A stretch of DNA of 26,153 bases from a virus. Its lineage: Duplodnaviria; Caudoviricetes. The translations under genes were made by a program, and so were the position numbers. The notes beneath the pieces were generated by a model that had not been told where the DNA came from, searched no databases, and worked only from the letters and a program-made list of their open reading frames with translations. The stretch lies in the IMG/VR virus record IMGVR_UViG_3300033122_000007, positions 1-26,153 of that record; one strand, 5' to 3'. Shown in pieces: positions 17,099 to 25,285 of the stretch. The number at the start of each line of letters is the position of its first letter. Positions within the stretch are counted from its first letter, which is position 1.

Positions 17099-19408
17099 TT
17101 AGACACTTGATAGAGTGTCACTCCCTCTCTTGATAGTATATGAGTCTGGTATTATCTGTTTATATGATGCCTTGGTATTAGTGAGAGAAACATAGTAATC
17201 AGATGCTTTGGTTGGTTTCATCATAATCTCTACACCACCATTTACTACAGTTCTCTTACCAACAAGTTGTTTATTGCTTGTTGGTTTCTCTGTATTGATT
17301 AATTCTAATATATGTGGAGTGACTATTTGAATAGAACTTTCTGCATTGAAAGTTAGTTCTAATCCACTATTTGATTGCTGTTGATATGAATTTTCATATT
17401 GTATTCCAGTTATCTTAGATACAGTAGAATTTAATCTAAACTCAGAACTATGCATTTCTAGTGCAGCACCTACAATATTCATATCAACATCAGATCCAAA
17501 TTTAATTGCATGTTTCTGTGTTGTATTTGTAGTTGAATCATACCCCTCAGCACTTAAGAAGAATCCTCCTCCTACTTCTAAATGACAGTTGCCAGTTATC
17601 TTAAGATGATAATCACCATCAATAGTTCTTGCGTAAGATCCATTTACTAATTTACAATCATCACCATGAACTTCTTGTGTTAATACACCTGCCCATGATA
17701 TATGATCTGCTACTGTTGATCCAATATCACCTTTATTATTAGTCTGTTTTAGTCTATATGACTCAACTGCTGCTGTAATCTCTGCATCGGTAGCATCAGG
17801 ATTGTCTTTTCTATATTGATCTCTTGCTTTTTTCTCTGCGTAATGTGAGTTGTTATACAATAAAGATGTATGAGTTGTACCATTTACTTTCTTTTGTACT
17901 TCACCCTGACGACCAGGTGTTCCCAAATACAATTCATAAGAACCATTGACATGATTCTTTGCAGAAGTTAGGTATGGATCTGCATCATCATATATGTCAC
18001 TGAATGTAGTTTCTGTCTTTGTTTTATCTGTAATACCAACTAAAGGATACCATCCTAAAGACTTACTTGTATTGATAGGTCTATTGGATATTTTACTATC
18101 AAAGTCATTAATGAGTTGTATAATACTTGAAATATTAACAACATCATATCTAACTGCATCCTGTAAATGAAATATACCAGTTGACTTTTCCCACGCAGTA
18201 ATTATAGTAGTTGCTTCTCCTACACCATTTACTGTTGTAGTAATAGATTTAGTTAGATCACCAATGTCTTTGATTATCTTAGCAACGTCTGTAATTATAT
18301 TAGATGTAATAGTATCTACAGTATTAACAACAAATGTAGATTTATTTAAGGAATTAGAAAGATATTTGTCAAGAACATCTGTGACTGTCTTTAGTGGTGT
18401 AGCAGTATATGTTGCAATAGAAGCATCTAAGGCAACTGCTGATGTCAATACCTTTGTAATTGCTGTTTGAACTGAAGTTATTATATTGTATGGAACTCCT
18501 GTAGATAACAAGAGCATGTTTGCAAGTTTAAGATCTTCTGCTAGATTAATTAATGCTTGACGCATTGCAGAGATTACTTGAGCAAATAAAGAACCCAAAT
18601 AATTATTGATATTAATTGTCAACTCTGCCTTAGTAATTAACTTACCACTTACTAAATCAAGATACTCTCCACCCTCTGCCTTGACTAGAGTAGCAGCAGT
18701 ATTAGCAAGATCTTCTATGAGATATGATAGTTTATATTCCAATGTTTTCCAAGGACCACCAACACCATTCGCTGCAGGTATTGGTTGTGTAGGGTCTAAT
18801 GGTTTGATTGGGTTAGCATAACTACCGTTTATGTCTTTAAATGATCCTATGTTTTTTGGAGATCCACTACCACCGATTATAGTTGTAGTTGAACCAGGTA
18901 TTCCTACTGTATTGTTTGTACTTTGTCTTAATGGTGCTAATGGGTTTCCTATATTTTTATCGCCAGGATGTATAGCAGAACTATTAGGTGCTACACCTGT
19001 TGGTATTTTTTGATCTGTAAAAGCAAAGTCTCTTGTCTTTTTAGTTGCATCTGATTTATTAACTCTCATCACACCTAATACTATAGGCATCTGTGCATGT
19101 TCTCCATCCATGAAGAATCCCATAACAATAGCACCAGGTTGGAGTTGACCAGACGATTCTCCCTGTCCGTCATTTCCTGCCTGTGACGTATGTTGTAATA
19201 CTGTTGCCCAAGGTAATGCAGTAGAAGGTAAGTCTGCTACTGTTCCTCCTTGAAAGTTTGTATAAAATCCAAGGATACGAACTTTTACCCTACCAAGTTC
19301 CATAGGGTCTTCGTTGTCTTCAACCTCACCAACCCACCAAAAGAAACCGTCTTTACCGACAAAGTTTACTTCTCTTTCGTTAAATATACCATCAATGGTC
19401 GATGCCAT
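17099..19408 (-). CDS. gp5: T4 gp5-like baseplate hub/central spike protein (769 aa)
   Basis: OB-fold signature FFWWVGEVEDNEDPMELGRVKVRILG...LPWA...VMGFFMDGEHAQMPIVLG. C-terminal 8-residue beta-helix repeats VHGDDCKL VNGSYART IDGDYHLK ITGNCHLE VGG. Confidence 0.9.
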   Translation of the reverse strand: MASTIDGIFNEREVNFVGKDGFFWWVGEVEDNEDPMELGRVKVRILGFYTNFQGGTVADLPSTALPWATVLQHTSQAGNDGQGESSGQLQPGAIVMGFFMDGEHAQMPIVLGVMRVNKSDATKKTRDFAFTDQKIPTGVAPNSSAIHPGDKNIGNPLAPLRQSTNNTVGIPGSTTTIIGGSGSPKNIGSFKDINGSYANPIKPLDPTQPIPAANGVGGPWKTLEYKLSYLIEDLANTAATLVKAEGGEYLDLVSGKLITKAELTININNYLGSLFAQVISAMRQALINLAEDLKLANMLLLSTGVPYNIITSVQTAITKVLTSAVALDASIATYTATPLKTVTDVLDKYLSNSLNKSTFVVNTVDTITSNIITDVAKIIKDIGDLTKSITTTVNGVGEATTIITAWEKSTGIFHLQDAVRYDVVNISSIIQLINDFDSKISNRPINTSKSLGWYPLVGITDKTKTETTFSDIYDDADPYLTSAKNHVNGSYELYLGTPGRQGEVQKKVNGTTHTSLLYNNSHYAEKKARDQYRKDNPDATDAEITAAVESYRLKQTNNKGDIGSTVADHISWAGVLTQEVHGDDCKLVNGSYARTIDGDYHLKITGNCHLEVGGGFFLSAEGYDSTTNTTQKHAIKFGSDVDMNIVGAALEMHSSEFRLNSTVSKITGIQYENSYQQQSNSGLELTFNAESSIQIVTPHILELINTEKPTSNKQLVGKRTVVNGGVEIMMKPTKASDYYVSLTNTKASYKQIIPDSYTIKRGSDTLSSV

Positions 19409-19429
19409 TTATTTACACAGTCTTTTTAT

Positions 19430-19437
19430 TATTTATC
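19430..19437 (-). promoter_or_regulatory. T4-like late promoter motif GATAAATA upstream of gp5
   Basis: About 21 nt upstream of ATG 19408 and contains the stop codon of the preceding small ORF. Confidence 0.62.
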
Positions 19438-19588
19438 CCTGTAATCGACTTCCTGTTCTCCAAGGTTTTATGATAACTGTTTCTTCTTTCATATGCATAC
19501 GGATTAAGACCTCTTTCGTCTCAGTCATATGTTCTGAGTAAAAAATTACTGGTTGTTCGTTTAGTGCTGTTCTAGCGTCTCCACTCAT
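19433..19588 (-). CDS. Small hypothetical protein (51 aa; not in the ORF track)
   Basis: Hand translation MSGDARTALNEQPVIFYSEHMTETKEVLIRMHMKEETVIIKPWRTGSRLQG. Same strand as its neighbours and fills the gap. Confidence 0.65.
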   Translation of the reverse strand: MSGDARTALNEQPVIFYSEHMTETKEVLIRMHMKEETVIIKPWRTGSRLQG

Positions 19589-19596
19589 ATTGTTTT

Positions 19597-19610
19597 GTAT
19601 TTGCTGATAC
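19597..19610. promoter_or_regulatory. Putative NtcA binding site GTA-N8-TAC
   Basis: GTATCAGCAAATAC (minus strand) with A/T-rich flanks, in the longest non-coding gap and next to an extended -10 TGATAAAAT (19620..19612). Confidence 0.5.
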
Positions 19611-19667
19611 TATTTTATCATGAAACCCTAACAAAACACCAATATTTTATAATGTTTTTAGGTTTCC

Positions 19668-19883
19668 TTAATAATATCTAGGATTTTGTCTAGTCATAGG
19701 TGTGATAAGAACCTTTACTAATAAGTTCAAATCTGCAGAAATCTGTTCATGTGTCTCTGCCATTCTACGATACCCACTACCAACGTACATTTGTCCTGCA
19801 AATACTGATACAGTAGCAAGTCCCCAGAACCAATAATAAAATTTACTTTTGACCTGTGCTCTTAATTTTTCTTTAATTTCCAT
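19668..19883 (-). CDS. Small single-pass membrane protein (71 aa)
   Basis: Basic N-terminus followed by hydrophobic FYYWFWGLATVSVFAGQMYVG. Confidence 0.7.
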   Translation of the reverse strand: MEIKEKLRAQVKSKFYYWFWGLATVSVFAGQMYVGSGYRRMAETHEQISADLNLLVKVLITPMTRQNPRYY

Positions 19884-19978
19884 AATGTTGAGGGATTAGG
19901 AGTAGGATCTGTCACTGGTGCTGTGCAAGCATTAATGCCGAAGGAAATGAAACAGATTAGGAGAACCCCAAACGACAT
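19862..19978 (-). CDS. Possible small lipoprotein-like peptide (38 aa)
   Basis: MSFGVLLICFISFGINAC-TAPVTDPTPNPSTLWKLKKN has a hydrophobic leader, lipobox-like INAC and a Pro-rich tail. Bridges the gap between cpeT and the next gene. Confidence 0.4.
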   Translation of the reverse strand: MSFGVLLICFISFGINACTAPVTDPTPNPSTLWKLKKN

Positions 19979-20375
19979 TTCCTTTATCGTCAAACCCTTG
20001 ATCCTTTGAAGTAAGTTTGTCACCATATAAATGTATTTCTGAAACAATACGATTGCCTCGTTCACCGAGGCATCTCGTACTATCTAGTTTACCATGCCAC
20101 GATTCATCGTGAAACGTAAACATCATATCACATTCTTCATGTCTTGTCAAGTCAAGGCGATAGTTCTCCATGATACCTGTCGTGGAGGACGTTTGTACCC
20201 ATTTATGTCTTTTATGTCTATATGGATTATGCTCTTGAGATCTATAAAAGTTCCTTGAAACAAAAAAATCCCCTTCTTTTTCCCATATTATCTCACATTG
20301 AGAAAAACAATGGGGATTACTTTGTGCTTGCTGTCTGTTGTGCCAATGACCTAAAAGATAGTCATCAATCGTCAT
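19932..20375 (-). CDS. cpeT: CpeT/CpcT-type phycobiliprotein (bilin) lyase, phage type (147 aa)
   Basis: GHWHNRQQAQSNP, PYR, CDMMF, and SKDQGFDDKGNVVWGS...FHF motifs of T-type lyases; short length typical of cyanophage versions. Confidence 0.9.
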   Translation of the reverse strand: MTIDDYLLGHWHNRQQAQSNPHCFSQCEIIWEKEGDFFVSRNFYRSQEHNPYRHKRHKWVQTSSTTGIMENYRLDLTRHEECDMMFTFHDESWHGKLDSTRCLGERGNRIVSEIHLYGDKLTSKDQGFDDKGNVVWGSPNLFHFLRH

Positions 20376-20592
20376 AAATTAAACATTCTGGTTCATCAGG
20401 ATGTAAGTCACAGAAAATTTCTAGTGCATTAGGATCATGATGATCTCCTGCTTCGATTTCTGCCTTATGATGCTCTGCATACTCTTCAAGTTCATGAAGT
20501 TCTGCTTTTGCATGTCTGCGTGCTGCAGGTGATGACATTGGATTTTCGATTAGATCTTTGTCGTATTGGATGTGTTGTTCTATTGTTTTCAT
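20365..20592 (-). CDS. cp12: CP12 Calvin-cycle inhibitor (75 aa)
   Basis: C-terminal LEIFCDLHPDEPECLIYDD (CP12 C-terminal Cys pair); GAGG RBS. Confidence 0.93.
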   Translation of the reverse strand: MKTIEQHIQYDKDLIENPMSSPAARRHAKAELHELEEYAEHHKAEIEAGDHHDPNALEIFCDLHPDEPECLIYDD

Positions 20593-20615
20593 ATTGTACC
20601 TCTGTGATACAGAAC

Positions 20616-20623
20616 TATTTATC
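20616..20623 (-). promoter_or_regulatory. T4-like late promoter motif GATAAATA upstream of cp12
   Basis: Contains the TAA stop of the hub gene, about 23 nt upstream of ATG 20592. Confidence 0.55.
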
Positions 20624-22028
20624 TTAAAATTGAGTCTTTCATCAATTCTAAGTCTGTATTCATTATATCTTCAGTCATTGAATGCGTCAAGGTCTTTATC
20701 AGGTAACGCCCACTATACTTACGATCAATACTTGTACTTCTTCCAAATCCACCACCAGACTTAGCAATACTAGGAATTATAATGTCAATACCAGAACCAG
20801 GATACAAATCTAAATTACCAGGTATTCTGATTTTAAGATTGATATGATTGAGTGTTGCTTTCCGTATATACCTGTACGCTTGTAGTTCTGCAAGTTGCTC
20901 ATAAGACGCTTGAGGATTATTCTGAAACTTAGGGTCAAATGATTGATTAGGCAAACCACAGTATCTAATTCTTTTCGGTTTGTACATATGATTTCTAACA
21001 TCAGTATCCATATTAACCAATGGATTTACAGATTTACCTGCGTTTAAATGTGCCATTCTTGGCCATATATCTTCAAGACTATAATTATATGCTGTGCTTG
21101 ACATATCTTTACTCAATCCCATCTTAGATGATGTAATTGATACAGGATCAAATCCAACACTATAACCAGAATATATCCCATGTCTCAAGTTTGTCATAGT
21201 TGTTGCCTCATCAGGAAATACAACTGAGTCAATCAAGAACTGATTATCAATAGGACTTTCTGTATTTTTTATATCATGAACATATTGATACATCTTTGCT
21301 TGTCCTGTGATAGGACTTGTTTCAGAGTTTTCCCTTTGTTTTTCTATGTCCTCAATCATTTTATCATATGATTTTGCATGAAATCCCAGAGAATTTTCAA
21401 AGAATACAAAACCATTCTGTAAACTACCACCTTTTTGTGATTTACGAATAGTTCTTAACAAGACCCAAGGTATAACATCAAATGGTCTCCAATTAGGTGC
21501 AATAAATGAATGTTCATTTAGTGTTTCCTCAGTAAAAAGTCTTTTTGAAGATCCAATATAATTTTTATCTTTTACTAATGTCTCAATAATATTTTCTGCT
21601 TTTGCATTATTATTAAATATAACCTCTGAATTACCAAACACATTGACAGATTCATTCTTCATGAACTCGTCACTATAACATTTAATAAAATATACTTCAT
21701 TAGTTTGTCCTGCTCTTATCCTATCATATATCCCATATGACCTAAAGTAATATGTTCTATCTACTGGAAAACTTTGTATTTCTAACTTGAATACTTCTGT
21801 GCCTGTTAATGCACCCATTAAACCTGCTGCATCTTCAAATATAAACTCAGCTTCCATTGTATGCAATTCTATAGATTCATATATCTCCCAACCTCTACAA
21901 AAAGTTATTAGATCAAATGCACCTTCTTTGTTCTGTAATCTTTCACCATCTCTATACATGCTAAGACGATACTGTGCCTCACCAGGTCTGGATATTTGTA
22001 TAGAACTTTTTCTTATTGTACTTGGCAT
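20619..22028 (-). CDS. T4 gp27-like baseplate hub protein (469 aa)
   Basis: WEIYESI...FEDAAGL, FIAPNWRPF, GFVFFENSLGFHAKS, and IPGNLDLYPG...KYSGRYLIKTLTH...TDLELMKDS; lies near gp5. Confidence 0.75.
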   Translation of the reverse strand: MPSTIRKSSIQISRPGEAQYRLSMYRDGERLQNKEGAFDLITFCRGWEIYESIELHTMEAEFIFEDAAGLMGALTGTEVFKLEIQSFPVDRTYYFRSYGIYDRIRAGQTNEVYFIKCYSDEFMKNESVNVFGNSEVIFNNNAKAENIIETLVKDKNYIGSSKRLFTEETLNEHSFIAPNWRPFDVIPWVLLRTIRKSQKGGSLQNGFVFFENSLGFHAKSYDKMIEDIEKQRENSETSPITGQAKMYQYVHDIKNTESPIDNQFLIDSVVFPDEATTMTNLRHGIYSGYSVGFDPVSITSSKMGLSKDMSSTAYNYSLEDIWPRMAHLNAGKSVNPLVNMDTDVRNHMYKPKRIRYCGLPNQSFDPKFQNNPQASYEQLAELQAYRYIRKATLNHINLKIRIPGNLDLYPGSGIDIIIPSIAKSGGGFGRSTSIDRKYSGRYLIKTLTHSMTEDIMNTDLELMKDSILR

Positions 22029-22031
22029 AAT

Positions 22032-25000
22032 TTAACCCATGACAGATTGGTTTTGGTTTCCTCTAGCACCAGAACCTCGTTTATTCTGAGCTTTTACTTT
22101 TTCTACCATTGATCTAGCAGCTTTCTGCATCTGAAGAACTTTTTGGTTCTCAGACTTAACCGTTGCTTGAACTCCACTATTATGTGCTTGAACTGCTGCT
22201 AATGCTGTTTGAATAGTTGCTTGAATCTTTTCATGCATAGCATTAGTAGCATGAACTCTCTCCTTTGCTGCTTTTTTATTGTAGTAATCTCTTTGTTTAT
22301 CATCAGAGTTAGTATTTGATCCTGCACCTTGTGCTTGACTTACAGGAGATTGAGTCTTAGGTGCTTTAGATATTAAACTTTCACCATCTTTTTTGCTAGT
22401 TGAGAATGCTACACCTCTATTTCTTTCCTGTTGATTATTCTTTCTCTGGGTAGCCTCACTGTCTGTGATACCCATATTTTTCTTAGCATAAAAATCTGTA
22501 GCAGATTTACCATCATCTTTAGTATATAAACTATTACCAATCTTAAAGTTAGTTGAGAAAGAGAATTTATCATCATTATTAAACAGAGGAGTTTTTGTAA
22601 ACAGGTCACCATCAATTAAATTCATATAGTTAGTTGCCTGTTCTTCGTTTGCACCTTTTTTGTATAAGAAGTTAGTTAGTCCTTCATTATCTTGTGCTAA
22701 TGCAAAGGCATCTAAACCTTTCTTCTGATCACTAGATTTCATAAAAGCATCACTAATTTTAGTGTTCTCTCCTTTGCTAAGTAAATCCATAAAGAAATTA
22801 CCACCAAAATCAGATTTTTTTGCACCTTTATCTGCAGCATCTGCTTGATTTAATACCTTCCTAATGTTTAATGCAGCATCACCTACAGATCCATCACCAC
22901 CTTCTAGTGCATTCTTCATTATAGTCCTTTGACTATTTGCTACTGCCTGTTGTGAACCTACACCTGTAGTTTCTTCAGGTGTTTTAGGAGCAACTCCAAC
23001 ACCAATAGAATCTGGATATCCATACTTAGAAGGTCCTTTCTTTTCTTTCTGACCTGCAAACCACATACCCCACTTATCGTATATAACTTGTACAATCTTA
23101 AATGTATCAATCTGACCTCTTAAGAAGTCAGCAAGGTTTCTTAATCTTGCACCATAATCACCTGATCTATAGTCAGCAATGTTTAATCCCAATCCTTGAG
23201 AGTGGAAAGGTCCTCCACCTACAGGTTGTCTTCCACTAGGATCATATCCTTTTTCATTTGCAGCATTTTCTTTTGAGAATTTATTATTTTTAAAATTAGG
23301 ATGACCATATACTGTCATTCCTCTACTCAACATTTGTCTACCAAGGATCTTAGCAGCTTTTATACCTCCATCTGGATCAGTGACACCCATTCCACCAGAG
23401 TAACCAGGATGATTAGCAGCATCTGCGATACGACCTGTACCTGCCTGTGTTCCCATGCCACTTATCATTTCTCCAATACTACCTGCAGTTCCATTGAAGT
23501 ATGAGTTCATGAAACCACCAATAGCAGCTCCTGTCTTACCACCAATTAGATCTGCTATTGTACCACCAAAGTTTCCTGCAATATCTCTAAATTTAGATGC
23601 CCAGTTTCCGTCTCCTTTTAATATGTCACCTATTCCCATTGCAGTATTGATCCAACCACCTGCCTTAGATCCACCTAAGAAATTACCTGCAACACCACCA
23701 ATACCTTTTATGATATCCCAACCAGTTGCCTTACCATTTTCACCACTACCACCACCTTGGAATATACCCATGATATTACCAATCGAAGCACCAGCTTGCT
23801 CATTACCAAACATCCTACCTATCATAGCAGCACCACTGGTTTGACCATCACCCTTAGTCAAGAAGTTTCCGATCTGACCCCATAAACCAGGTTTCTTAGT
23901 TGGTGAGTTAGTTTGTCCTCCTACTGGTTTACCATCCCATGCACTTGGCCATCCACTACCATGCGTACCAGTTCCAAATCCACCATCTCTACCTGTTCCA
24001 AAGTTTGCTTGAGTACCCATCCTTTGAGCACCACCCCAAGTTCTACCTTTTAATAGATTACCTGCACCTTTAAATAAACCACCTATGAACATCTCAGGAG
24101 GCATTGCACCTGACATACCCAAACCTGCAGCTGCTGCTTCATTATAAGCTGTTAAATATGGATTTGCTCTTGTTGCAGCATTATTGATAGGTATTACATA
24201 TCCACCACCCTTTTTGTCACCTACGACTTTTTCAGTACCATGACCAATGAATGATGTACTTTTACCTCCATCCATTGAAACTGGATAACCAGTATCAGGA
24301 CCTCTAATCAGACCACCCTGCTGTGGTACAATTCTTCCTATATTTGCCTTACCTATAGGTCCTCCCATTTTTCTTTCTGGGACTTCTTCTCCTCCTTCTT
24401 CTTCTCCTCCCTCTTCTGCTGCCTCAGCATCACCACCCATCACCATAGAACCTACAGTGAGTATACCACCAGTGATTAATGCACCTTTTGTAAATCCTGG
24501 TGCTCTGCGTAAGAATTTTGAACCTCCTAGTCCTCCTCCATGTTTAAGTGCTTTTAAACCTCTTCTTGCTCTTAGTGCGTTTCTAAAATTAAACAGTGCA
24601 TTATTAAAACCTTTGAAGATCATACCGATCTCCTTCATAGTTTTACCTATCCTAAGAGGATTTAACCACTTAAGTCCTACAACTATGGCACCAAACGCTA
24701 CTATACCCTTGGCAAACGCAAGCACTCTTTGCCAAGTGCTCATATTTTCACCACCCCTCAATGCTTTTGCAAGACTATTGATACCTGTAACAAAAGCACT
24801 AGCAATAAACGAACTAATTGCCTTGAATACTCCATATATTATTTTAAACGTATTTACTATCGTCTTTTGATTTTTCTCATCTGCCAACCATTTCAAGACA
24901 GGTATTCCAATTAACATTTTGAAGAGAGCACCAAGCATCTGCAACAAACCTTTTAGGAAATTAGGTGCTTTAAATGCTTCTAATAATTTTCCTACAAATG

Positions 25001-25271
25001 TAAATTTTTGTTTTTTGACTTCTGTATATTCTGGTTCAAATTCTGTTGATTTCTTTGCTAGTGCTTTTGCACGTGCTATTTCTATCGCTTCTATCTTAAC
25101 AAGACTCCCTGCTATACCATTAACTACTCCACCAAGTTGGTTTATTGCTTCAACTTGTTTTGTTTGTATACCTATAGTTGCCTTTTCTTGTTTCTTTGCA
25201 TCACTAGCCGCAGCTATCCCTGTTGTGGAGACAAACTTGTAAATATTAATTTTGGTTGGTGAGACGTTCAT
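22032..25271 (-). CDS. Tape-measure / gp29-like baseplate hub protein (1079 aa)
   Basis: Long amphipathic helical N-terminal part, Gly-rich centre, GGLIRGPDTGYPV motif; directly upstream of the gp27-like gene. Confidence 0.55.
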   Translation of the reverse strand: MNVSPTKINIYKFVSTTGIAAASDAKKQEKATIGIQTKQVEAINQLGGVVNGIAGSLVKIEAIEIARAKALAKKSTEFEPEYTEVKKQKFTFVGKLLEAFKAPNFLKGLLQMLGALFKMLIGIPVLKWLADEKNQKTIVNTFKIIYGVFKAISSFIASAFVTGINSLAKALRGGENMSTWQRVLAFAKGIVAFGAIVVGLKWLNPLRIGKTMKEIGMIFKGFNNALFNFRNALRARRGLKALKHGGGLGGSKFLRRAPGFTKGALITGGILTVGSMVMGGDAEAAEEGGEEEGGEEVPERKMGGPIGKANIGRIVPQQGGLIRGPDTGYPVSMDGGKSTSFIGHGTEKVVGDKKGGGYVIPINNAATRANPYLTAYNEAAAAGLGMSGAMPPEMFIGGLFKGAGNLLKGRTWGGAQRMGTQANFGTGRDGGFGTGTHGSGWPSAWDGKPVGGQTNSPTKKPGLWGQIGNFLTKGDGQTSGAAMIGRMFGNEQAGASIGNIMGIFQGGGSGENGKATGWDIIKGIGGVAGNFLGGSKAGGWINTAMGIGDILKGDGNWASKFRDIAGNFGGTIADLIGGKTGAAIGGFMNSYFNGTAGSIGEMISGMGTQAGTGRIADAANHPGYSGGMGVTDPDGGIKAAKILGRQMLSRGMTVYGHPNFKNNKFSKENAANEKGYDPSGRQPVGGGPFHSQGLGLNIADYRSGDYGARLRNLADFLRGQIDTFKIVQVIYDKWGMWFAGQKEKKGPSKYGYPDSIGVGVAPKTPEETTGVGSQQAVANSQRTIMKNALEGGDGSVGDAALNIRKVLNQADAADKGAKKSDFGGNFFMDLLSKGENTKISDAFMKSSDQKKGLDAFALAQDNEGLTNFLYKKGANEEQATNYMNLIDGDLFTKTPLFNNDDKFSFSTNFKIGNSLYTKDDGKSATDFYAKKNMGITDSEATQRKNNQQERNRGVAFSTSKKDGESLISKAPKTQSPVSQAQGAGSNTNSDDKQRDYYNKKAAKERVHATNAMHEKIQATIQTALAAVQAHNSGVQATVKSENQKVLQMQKAARSMVEKVKAQNKRGSGARGNQNQSVMG
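24384..24416 (-). repeat. Short purine-rich in-frame tandem repeat encoding EEGGEEEGGEE
   Basis: GGAGGAGAAGAA occurs twice with a 15-nt period. Confidence 0.6.
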
Positions 25272-25277
25272 ACTTAG

Positions 25278-25285
25278 TATTTATT
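25278..25285 (-). promoter_or_regulatory. T4-like late promoter motif AATAAATA
   Basis: Contains the TAA stop of the upstream gene; only 6 nt separate it from ATG 25271. Confidence 0.5.

Noticed and set aside
20595-20611. TGTA-N9-TACA palindrome upstream of cp12
   Set aside because: The spacing is 9 rather than the 8 required for NtcA. It could be a weak RBS hairpin, but the evidence is insufficient.
5081-22615. Short minus-strand ORFs nested out of frame inside large genes (e.g. 5081..5293, 6620..6892, 7717..7908, 10681..10911)
   Set aside because: Leu/Ile/Gln-rich alternative-frame translations with no motifs or supporting signals.
54-25242. Plus-strand ORFs in the track (e.g. 11571..11993, 14189..14656, 23455..23844, 24457..24870)
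   Set aside because: They lie antisense to minus-strand genes and show no protein motifs; they are expected shadows of codon bias.
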